Of a stretch of 32,000 bases of DNA, positions 18,204-24,756 are shown piece after piece. The translations under genes were made by a program, and so were the position numbers. The stretch spans positions 1,590,001 to 1,622,000 of the forward strand of contig OW818675.1 in the NCBI GenBank assembly GCA_942493095.1, read 5' to 3'. Numbering within the stretch: the first letter of the stretch is position 1; each line of letters begins with the position of its first letter. This DNA comes from Candidatus Electronema halotolerans (GTDB lineage: Bacteria; Desulfobacterota; Desulfobulbia; Desulfobulbales; Desulfobulbaceae). Below the pieces are notes generated by a model, which made no database searches, was not told where the DNA came from, and saw nothing but the letters and a program-made list of their open reading frames with translations.

Positions 18204-19154
18204 ATGGAACGTGCAAGAAAATGGGTGCAGGGGGTCTGGCTGGTCTTGGCAAATGGTTATTGGGCCTTTCCTTGGACCAAGACGATTTACAAAGGGCCGA
18301 TGAAGGTGATCTGCTCGCCGGGCCTGAACTGCTACTCCTGCCCTGCGGCCACGGTCTTCTGTCCCATGGGCGCGCTACAGCAGCTTCTGCTCAACGTGCG
18401 CTCCTCGATTGCCTTTGGCCAGTATTATTTCGGTGCCTTTGTCCTTGGCTCCATCGGCATGATGGGCGCGGTCTTTGGCCGCTTCATCTGCGGCTGGGCC
18501 TGCCCGTTCGGTTTTTTTCAGGAGCTGCTGCACAAGCTGCCCTCGCGCAAGTTTCCCATACCCAACTTGCTGCGCTGGCTGAAATATTTTATCCTGCTCT
18601 TTTTGGTCATTCTCTTTCCCCTGATTGTAGTTAATGATGTCGGCATGGGATCGCCGTGGTTCTGCAAATATGTCTGTCCGGCAGGCACCTTTCAGGCCGG
18701 CATCCCCATGCTCCTGCTTCAGCCGGAGCTGCGGGCCGCTGTGGGCTGGCTCTTTATCAACAAGCTGATCATCGCCATTAGCTTCACGGTCTGGTCAGTG
18801 TTCTCCTCCCGGCCTTTCTGCCGCACCGCCTGTCCGCTGGGAGCCTTTTACGCTCTCTTTGCTCATTGGCAGCTCATCCGGCTCCAGCTCAACAAGGAGA
18901 ACTGCACCAACTGCGGGGCCTGTCATAAGGTTTGTCCGGTGGATGTCAAATTCAACGAGACCCCGGCCAGCTGCGAATGCGTCAACTGCATGCGCTGCAT
19001 GACCGAAGCCTGCGCTTTTGATGCTATTTCTGTTGAAGTGGCCGGTTTCCCGGTCTTCGGCCCGGATGTGGGCAAAACCCGGTCGCCGTTGATCAGCGGT
19101 GTCCTGGGGAGAATACGGAGACGGAAACCGGCAGATATGAACCCCAATCCATAA
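18204..19154 (+). CDS. membrane-bound 4Fe-4S binding protein (NapH/MauN-like polyferredoxin)
   Basis: 316 aa with several TM helices. Repeated CxxCP-type motifs are present (NCYSCPAATVFCPMG, GWACPFGFFQE, CKYVCPAGTFQ, CRTACPLGAFY). The C-terminus has ferredoxin clusters CTNCGACHKVCP and CVNCMRCMTEAC. Confidence 0.85.
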   Translation: MERARKWVQGVWLVLANGYWAFPWTKTIYKGPMKVICSPGLNCYSCPAATVFCPMGALQQLLLNVRSSIAFGQYYFGAFVLGSIGMMGAVFGRFICGWACPFGFFQELLHKLPSRKFPIPNLLRWLKYFILLFLVILFPLIVVNDVGMGSPWFCKYVCPAGTFQAGIPMLLLQPELRAAVGWLFINKLIIAISFTVWSVFSSRPFCRTACPLGAFYALFAHWQLIRLQLNKENCTNCGACHKVCPVDVKFNETPASCECVNCMRCMTEACAFDAISVEVAGFPVFGPDVGKTRSPLISGVLGRIRRRKPADMNPNP

Positions 19155-19168
19155 TTCATAGGAGTGTC

Positions 19169-19621
19169 ATGAAGAAAGCATCCTCTTTCCTTGTTGTCGT
19201 CTTTGCAGTGCTGACAGCGTTTTTCATCGCTGCCGGGCCGGTCATGGCCAAGATGGTGGCGGTCAAAAATGAGAACGTCAACATGCGTTCCGGCCCCAGC
19301 ACCAAGAACAAGGTGCTCTGGAAGCTGGGCAAGGGCTTTCCCCTGCAAGTGCTGCGCCGTTCAGGCAGCTGGTACAAGGTGCGGGATTTTGAGGGCGCGA
19401 CCGGCTGGATTCACCGCAGCGTGGTCAACAGCTCCGGCCACATGATCGTCAAGAGGCGGAAGATCAACATCCGCAGCCGTCCGACCACCCGCAGCCGGGT
19501 GGTGGCCAAGGCCAATTACGGCGTGGTCTTCAAAACCTTGAAAAAAACAAAGAATTGGATTAAAGTCAAGCACGGCGATCTGACCGGCTGGATTAGTCGG
19601 AACCTGCTTTGGGGATTCTGA
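19169..19621 (+). CDS. secreted protein with two bacterial SH3 (SH3b) domains
   Basis: 150 aa with AGGAG 6 nt upstream of the ATG and a signal peptide (AAGPVMAKM). Two SH3b-like repeats are present (VNMRSGPSTKNKVLWKL...SWYKVRDFEGATGWIHRS and INIRSRPTTRSRVVAKA...NWIKVKHGDLTGWISRN). Confidence 0.85.
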   Translation: MKKASSFLVVVFAVLTAFFIAAGPVMAKMVAVKNENVNMRSGPSTKNKVLWKLGKGFPLQVLRRSGSWYKVRDFEGATGWIHRSVVNSSGHMIVKRRKINIRSRPTTRSRVVAKANYGVVFKTLKKTKNWIKVKHGDLTGWISRNLLWGF

Positions 19622-19657
19622 ACATGAGGAAAGGCGGCCTGAGAAGGCGGCAAACAG

Positions 19658-19695
19658 AAAGACCCGTTCCTGATGCAGGAGCGGGTCTTTTTCAG
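19658..19695. terminator. bidirectional rho-independent terminator
   Basis: Stem AAAGACCCG (19658-19666) pairs with CGGGTCTTT (19682-19690) around a 15-nt loop. A T-run follows on the plus strand (after the SH3 gene) and TTTCTGTTT follows on the minus strand (after the tRNA-Ser). Confidence 0.65.
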
Positions 19696-19699
19696 TTCG

Positions 19700-19792
19700 T
19701 GGCGGAGAGAGAGGGATTCGAACCCTCGGTGGAGTGTAACCCCCACACTCGCTTAGCAGGCGAGCACCATCGGCCGGCTCGGTCATCTCTCC
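19700..19792 (-). tRNA. tRNA-Ser (anticodon GCU)
   Basis: The reverse complement reads GGAGAGATGACCGAGCCGGCCGATGGTGCTCGCCTGCTAAGCGAG...GAGGGTTCGAATCCCTCTCTCTCCGCCA. It has a 7-bp acceptor stem, anticodon loop CT-GCT-AA, a long variable arm, a GTTCGAATC T-loop and an encoded CCA. Confidence 0.93.
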
Positions 19793-19813
19793 GGGAAGGT
19801 TGCAGGGCCGCTC

Positions 19814-19899
19814 TGGCGGAGGAAGTAGGATTCGAACCCACGGTGCTTTCGCACAACGGTTTTCAAGACCGCCGCCTTCAACCACTCGGCCATTCCTCC
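19814..19899 (-). tRNA. tRNA-Ser (anticodon UGA)
   Basis: The reverse complement reads GGAGGAATGGCCGAGTGGTTGAAGGCGGCGGTCTTGAAAACCGT...GTGGGTTCGAATCCTACTTCCTCCGCCA. It has acceptor stem GGAGGAA/TTCCTCC, anticodon loop CT-TGA-AA, a long variable arm and an encoded CCA. Confidence 0.93.
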
Positions 19900-19922
19900 T
19901 CTGAGGCACTGCGCGACCCTAA

Positions 19923-19951
19923 CATATACCAGCTGTAATTCATCCTGTCAA
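19923..19951 (-). promoter_or_regulatory. sigma-70-type promoter candidate for the tRNA-Ser pair
   Basis: On the minus strand: TTGACA (19946-19951), a 17-nt spacer, then TATATG (19923-19928). A GC-rich discriminator (GGGTCGCGC) follows before the tRNA 5' end. Confidence 0.4.
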
Positions 19952-19978
19952 CCCCCTTCTCATGCTGCTGACCTGCAA

Positions 19979-21598
19979 ATGAATGCTGACCAGACCGCTT
20001 TGCCAGACCAGGAACTGGCGATGCAGGACATCACCTGCCTCTATGAAATCACCAGAAATCTGGCCGCTGCCGCTGATCTTCGCCAAGCCTTGAACATGGT
20101 GGTCCGGGTGCTGGCGGAGATGAAAAAAATGGAGAACGGCACGATCACCATTGTCAATCCGCTGACCAAGGAGCTGGAGATTGAGGTGGCCTGCGGCAGC
20201 ACCCCGGCGGTGCGCAGAAAAGGCCGCTACAAACTCGGCGAGGGCATCACCGGGCGGGTGGTCGCAGTGGGCGAGCCAGTGATTGTGCCGCAGATCGCTG
20301 AGGAGCCGCTCTTTCTCAACCGCACCGGCATGCGCAGCGAGGAGCAGAAGCGGAAAAGCTCCTTCATCTGTGTGCCGATCAAGGCGGCAGTGGAGAACTC
20401 GGCCGATGGCTTGGATGGCCAGATGCAGGCCGAGAGTCTTGCCATTGGCGCGCTCTCAGTTGACCGCTGTTATGAGAAGGACTTTGGCCAGCAGTCGGAA
20501 CGCGATCTCCGTTTTCTGACCATAGTCAGCGCCCTGATTGCCCAAGCCGCGCATCGGATTCAAACCGTGAACCGGGAAAAGGAGCTGCTTTGCCGCGAGA
20601 ACCAGCAGCTCCGCCAAGAGCTGTCAGGCAAGAACCGGATCAGCGGCATTATTGGCAATTCCTCGCGAATGCAGGAGGTCTTTGCCTTAGCCCAGCGGGT
20701 GGCCAATTCCAACGCCACAGTCCTGCTCCGAGGCGAGTCAGGCACGGGCAAATCAATGGTTGCCAAAGCCCTGCATCACAACTCCGGTCGGGCCAAGAAG
20801 CCGTTTGTGGTGGTCAACTGCTCGGCCTTGCCCGAAACCCTGCTTGAAAGCGAGCTGTTCGGCCATGAGAGAGGGGCTTTCACTGGCGCGGTCGAACGCA
20901 AGGCAGGCCGTTTTGAGCAGGCCCAAGGCGGCACGCTCTTTCTTGATGAAATCGGCGAAATCAGCACGGCAGTCCAAGTCAAGCTGCTCAACGTGATTCA
21001 GGAGCGCGTCTTTCAGCGGCTGGGCGGCGCAGAGCTGCTCAAGGCGGATATTCGTCTTGTCGCGGCCACCAACCGCGATCTGGAGGCAGCAGTGCGCGAA
21101 GGCAAGTTCCGGGAAGACCTGTATTACCGGCTCAATGTCTTTCCGATTTATCTGCCACCGTTGCGCGAGCGGCGCACCGACATACTCCTGCTGGCCGAGC
21201 ATTTTCTGGAGCAGTACAGTCAGGAAAATAACAAAAGAATCGAGCGCATTTCCACCTCAGCCATTGACCTGCTGATCAAATACCACTGGCCAGGCAATGT
21301 CCGCGAGCTGCAAAACTGCATGGAGCGGGCGGTTTTGATCTGCGACTCCAGCACCATCACCTCCGTGCATCTGCCGCCGACCTTGCAAAGTGCGGAGAGC
21401 GTGGGCGGCAGCAGCGGCAGGCCGCTTGCCTTTGGTCAGGCTGTGGAGAACTTTGAGCGCGACCTGATCATTGAGGCCCTCAAGCAGTGCAACGGCAATC
21501 AGACCAAGGCGGCGGAACGCTTGGAAACCAGCCTGCGGATCATCAACTACAAGATTCACAACTACGGGATTGATCCGAAGCAGTACAAGGTGAAGTGA
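19979..21598 (+). CDS. sigma-54-dependent transcriptional activator with N-terminal GAF domain and C-terminal Fis-type HTH (NifA-like architecture)
   Basis: 539 aa. The AAA+ core has Walker A GESGTGKS, the GAFTGA loop (ERGAFTGAV), Walker B LFLDEIGE and the [15 protein letters not shown] motif. The HTH is [22 protein letters not shown]. An alternative start at ATG 20021 has AGGAAC 5 nt upstream and is equally plausible. Confidence 0.9.
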   Translation: MNADQTALPDQELAMQDITCLYEITRNLAAAADLRQALNMVVRVLAEMKKMENGTITIVNPLTKELEIEVACGSTPAVRRKGRYKLGEGITGRVVAVGEPVIVPQIAEEPLFLNRTGMRSEEQKRKSSFICVPIKAAVENSADGLDGQMQAESLAIGALSVDRCYEKDFGQQSERDLRFLTIVSALIAQAAHRIQTVNREKELLCRENQQLRQELSGKNRISGIIGNSSRMQEVFALAQRVANSNATVLLRGESGTGKSMVAKALHHNSGRAKKPFVVVNCSALPETLLESELFGHERGAFTGAVERKAGRFEQAQGGTLFLDEIGEISTAVQVKLLNVIQERVFQRLGGAELLKADIRLVAATNRDLEAAVREGKFREDLYYRLNVFPIYLPPLRERRTDILLLAEHFLEQYSQENNKRIERISTSAIDLLIKYHWPGNVRELQNCMERAVLICDSSTITSVHLPPTLQSAESVGGSSGRPLAFGQAVENFERDLIIEALKQCNGNQTKAAERLETSLRIINYKIHNYGIDPKQYKVK

Positions 21599-21603
21599 GG
21601 GGA
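21434..21603 (+). repeat. left copy of a 170-bp direct repeat (3' end of the activator gene)
   Basis: It matches 24227-24396 at a constant offset of 2793 bp. I count 166/170 identities. Confidence 0.9.
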
Positions 21604-21668
21604 TTTTCAATTGCGCTAGTCACAGCGTAAATAATAATGAATTTTTCAATGTTTGAAGGTTCACGGCT

Positions 21669-22713
21669 ATGAGTCGGAGAAAAAATCATCGCGGTTCTGA
21701 ATGGAGAAAGTGGGACCTACATATTCATGCACCAGGCACAAAATTGAAAGATCAGTTCAAGCTGGCTAATGATGGCGATATATGGAAGGAATATTGTCAA
21801 AAACTGCATGATTCCGATGTACAGGCATTTGGTATTGCCGATTATTTTTCGGTTGATTCCTATGAGGCTGTATATGATCAATACATAAGGCGTTATCCTG
21901 ACTCACGGAAAGTGTTCTTGCCAAATATTGAATTACGAATGATCTATAGAGTTAATAAAGCTCATGAAGAGGTGCATCTTCATCTGATTTTCAATCCATT
22001 CAACCCAGACCACAAAGACAAAATCAAGCGTTTTTTGAGCATTCTTAAAACCAACAAAACAAATGATTCGGGCCTAAATATAGGCTCTCCGATAATTTCC
22101 GGGGTTGTAATTCCAGTGCTTTTGGTGAATTCAAGTTCCAAGTGCAACTTTTTTTGGTTGCAAGAAAAGGCAGTTACGGGAGTGTCACAACTTTGCTTTT
22201 GTCGCTAACTAAGAGAAAATAATTGAAAATTTACATGAAGTATTCAAAGTGCCAGCCAACCTATGCTTTTTGGATAACCAAAAAAAGTTGCACTTGCGAG
22301 TTGAATCCACAACTCACTTTACGGAGTAGTTGTCTCAGTAATGCTAACCAATCGGTATCACATAATTTTCGAGACAGCAACACTCAACAGGGGCACCACC
22401 CGATTTTGTCAACCACAGAAAAACTCGGAGAGCCTAAATATAAGGGCATCTGAATTGCAAAATAAAAACTGTTATGAGTCTGCAACCACGACAAAAGAGT
22501 TCGTGAATAAAGCACTTTTAGAAACTTATGGCAAAAATGCTAATTTGCTGGATTATGTACTCATTATTACAGCGGTGAATAATAATGGCATATTTCCAGA
22601 CAACAAACCACGTAATATATCAATAGCATACGAGCTGGATAAGTTCAGTGACGCATTCTTTGGAAATGCTGGCAATACAGAGTGGTTCCTTAAAACTGAT
22701 CGTGCCGAGGATA
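21669..22713 (+). pseudogene. PHP-type phosphoesterase-domain gene, N-terminal fragment only; interrupted by a MITE and truncated by IS630
   Basis: The N-terminus RGSEWRKWDLHIHAPGT...FGIADYF...LPNIELR...HLHLIF shows a PHP-like metal-ligand pattern. The reading frame breaks at 22083, where the MITE begins. It resumes in the same frame at 22443 (…NDSGLNI|RASELQNK…). It ends at the IS630 junction at 22713, and the last codons plus the stop come from the IS end. Confidence 0.7.
22083..22434. mobile_element. 352-bp non-autonomous element (MITE) with terminal inverted repeats and an 8-bp target duplication
   Basis: The TIRs are GGCTCTCCGATAATTTCCGGGGTTG (22083-22107) and the reverse complement of 22410-22434, GGCTCTCCGAGTTTTTCTGTGGTTG. 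They match at 20/25 positions, with the first 10 perfect. Direct repeats TAAATATA flank it at 22075-22082 and 22435-22442. Long internal inverted repeats are present (22139-22160 against 22277-22297). It has no plausible transposase. Confidence 0.8.
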
Positions 22714-23758
22714 TAGCGGTTTCGTATTGAACAGATATCAAACCCAGCAATGACGGAAAAACGATTTGATTGATTTTGACTTAACCGTTTTCAGAGATAT
22801 ATCATAAGCTTCCATCAGCTCACGCTCTGTTCTCGGCTTCAATTTTCTTATAGTGTTTTTCATTACTGACCAGCAGTATTCAATAGGGTTCAGTTCAGGA
22901 CGATAAGGAGGGAGGAAAATGATCTTCGCTCCTGTACTTCTGATCAAAGCGAGAGCTTCTTTGTTTTTATGAGGACTGGCATTGTCAAGAACGACTGTCT
23001 TACTGCTGTCAAGATATTTCAAAAGATAATTTTTTATATAGAAATAAAAGACATCTCCTGTCATGGTTCCTTTAAATTTCATGCACTTCAATATTTTTCC
23101 AAACTTTACAGCTCCTATCATGCTTATTCTTTTCCCTTTACCTGAAGGTCTTTTTGAAAAAGCTCTTGTTCCTTTTCTTGATCTTGCAAATTTTCTCGAC
23201 ATGTTCAAACAGCATCCTGTCTCATCAATAAAGATGAAATTCTTTTTGTCAGCCTCGATCAGGCCTGCAAGGTAATTAACTGTCTTTGCTATATTTTCTT
23301 CTTTATACGCCGCCGGATCGCGGAAAGTTTTTTTTTCCGGCTGATTTTCAGTCTGGCGAGAGTTTCGCACAGCGTGGAAGGTGCTATTTTTAAATTGAAT
23401 TTCTCGTATAAGCGATCACACATCTCTTCAAGCGTAAGATCGTTCTCGTCATCAATCATGCTGGTCAGAAAAGGAATATGAACTTCCTTGATTTTCGGAG
23501 GATTTCCGCCTTTATGAGGCTTCGGCTCAATCGTCCCCTCAGTCTTCCATCTTTTTACAAGACTTTGAACAAATTTATAGGAAACGTCAAGCAAATCTGC
23601 AGTTCTTCTCAATGATTTCTGTTTTTCATAAACAGACAAGACTTTCTTTCTGAAATCAATAGAATAAATCATGGCAGACCTCCGTGTGTGAAAAAATGGA
23701 AAAAACAGACAAGTCAAGTTTAATATTTTTCTGATAACCATACAACCTGAAACCGCTA
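22714..23758 (-). mobile_element. IS630-family insertion sequence, full length (1045 bp)
   Basis: The ends are TAGCGGTTTCG... (22714 onward) and ...GAAACCGCTA (to 23758). They form inverted repeats, each flanked by TA (22712-22713 and 23759-23760), the IS630/Tc1 target duplication. The element encodes a DDE transposase. Confidence 0.85.
22738..23672 (-). CDS. IS630-family transposase, in two frames joined at an A9 run (needs a -1 shift or transcriptional slippage)
   Basis: The upstream frame starts at ATG 23670-23672 (GGAGG 6 nt upstream) and encodes the HTH part MIYSIDFRKKVLSVYEKQKSLRRTADLL...KISRKKK. The downstream frame (ending at 22738) encodes the DDE part with IFIDETG, VLDNASPHK and ELNPIEYCWS. 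The frames overlap at AAAAAAAAA (23328-23336). Confidence 0.8.
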
Positions 23759-23760
23759 TA

Positions 23761-24162
23761 GGAGCTGTAAAGTTTGGAAAAATATTGAAGTGCATGAAAT
23801 TTAAAGGAACCATGACAGGAGATGTCTTTTATTTCTATATAAAAAATTATCTTTTGAAATATCTTGACAGCAGTAAGACAGTCGTTCTTGACAATGCCAG
23901 TCCTCATAAAAACAAAGAAGCTCTCGCTTTGATCAGAAGTACAGGAGCGAAGATCATTTTCCTCCCTCCTTATCGTCCTGAACTGAACCCTATTGAATAC
24001 TGCTGGTCAGTAATGAAAAACACTATAAGAAAATTGAAGCCGAGAACAGAGCGTGAGCTGATGGAAGCTTATGATATATCTCTGAAAACGGTTAAGTCAA
24101 AATCAATCAAATCGTTTTTCCGTCATTGCTGGGTTTGATATCTGTTCAATACGAAACCGCTA
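23761..24162 (+). mobile_element. partial IS630 copy (3'-terminal 402 bp), inverted relative to the full copy
   Basis: By eye it is the exact reverse complement of 22714-23115, and the 117-aa translations are identical. It starts at a TA inside the transposase gene (…ATAGGAGCTG) and ends at the IS terminus …GAAACCGCTA, followed by TA (24163-24164). Confidence 0.85.
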
Positions 24163-24194
24163 TAAATGAAACATCTTTTTGATTGGCTGCATTC

Positions 24195-24391
24195 TTACAT
24201 CAGCGGCAGACGGCTCTCCTTTCTTGGGTCAAGCTGTGGAGAATTTTGAGCGCGACCTGATCATTGAGGCCCTCAAGCAGTGCAACGGCAATCAGACCAA
24301 GGCGGCGGAACGCTTGGAAACCAGCCTGCGGATCATCAACTACAAGATTCACAACTACGGGATTGATCCGAAGCAGTATAAGGTGAAATGA
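24195..24391 (+). pseudogene. 3'-terminal remnant of a sigma-54 activator gene (linker + Fis-type HTH only)
   Basis: It encodes …[65 protein letters not shown]. The last 55 residues are identical to the C-terminus of the 19979-21598 product. There is no AAA+ domain. The only available start is a TTG at 24179 with no SD sequence. Confidence 0.8.
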
Positions 24392-24396
24392 GGGGA
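24227..24396 (+). repeat. right copy of the 170-bp direct repeat
   Basis: See 21434-21603. Mismatches are at 24232, 24244, 24379 and 24388 only. Confidence 0.9.
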
Positions 24397-24492
24397 CAGT
24401 TATTTTAAACCCAAGCTGCTAAATATCAGGAAGAATGTTTCAGAGGATGCGTTATATTATCATACGGCCTGACATCTCATTAAGGAGGAAAC

Positions 24493-24756
24493 ATGGAAAC
24501 CTATTTGGTGATGGTCGATGTGACCATTGATGAAAGTCTCAAGCAAAATGTGTTTGCCTTCAAAGTGCCGACCATCCAGCCGCTGCCACTGCCCGGCGAT
24601 CTGATTCAGATTCCAGAGGCTGTGGCAAAGCAGGAAGGGGTGCCTTTTGTTCTCAAGGTGCTCTCCCGCAGGTTTATCTTGGATGACCTGATTCTTGATC
24701 GTCTGAGCCGGGACTGCAAGACCTGCATCATCCTGCTGACCGAGCCGCCTTCATAG
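24493..24756 (+). CDS. hypothetical small protein (87 aa)
   Basis: ATG at 24493 has a strong AAGGAGG 4 nt upstream. GC and codon usage look like the host core. I recognise no motif. Confidence 0.6.
   Translation: METYLVMVDVTIDESLKQNVFAFKVPTIQPLPLPGDLIQIPEAVAKQEGVPFVLKVLSRRFILDDLILDRLSRDCKTCIILLTEPPS

Noticed and set aside
17818-18252. N-terminal 145-aa extension of the nadB ORF (ORF-track start at 18252)
   Set aside because: NadB homology, including the FAD-binding GSGVAG fold, begins at the Met at 17817. The extension would run through the divergent promoter region and overlap the CXXC-peptide and 4Fe-4S genes on the other strand.
19361-19938. ORFs of 182 aa (minus strand) and 109 aa (plus strand) spanning 19361-19938
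   Set aside because: They overlap the two clear tRNA-Ser genes and the terminator. Their translations are simply the tRNA sequences read as protein.
22223-22453. 76-aa ORF inside the MITE (and the first 34 codons of ORF 22341-22730)
   Set aside because: It lies within the non-autonomous element across its internal inverted repeats and has no SD. The downstream ORF is only meaningful from 22443 onward, as the continuation of the interrupted PHP gene.
23785-24138. 117-aa ORF considered as an independent transposase gene
   Set aside because: It is the C-terminal third of the IS630 DDE domain in the truncated inverted copy. It lacks the HTH and the first catalytic Asp.
24179-24391. 70-aa ORF considered as a stand-alone Fis-type HTH protein
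   Set aside because: It starts at a TTG with no SD, immediately after an IS end, and is homologous only to the C-terminal linker and HTH of the activator. It is more parsimoniously a displaced gene fragment. Expression from IS read-through cannot be excluded.
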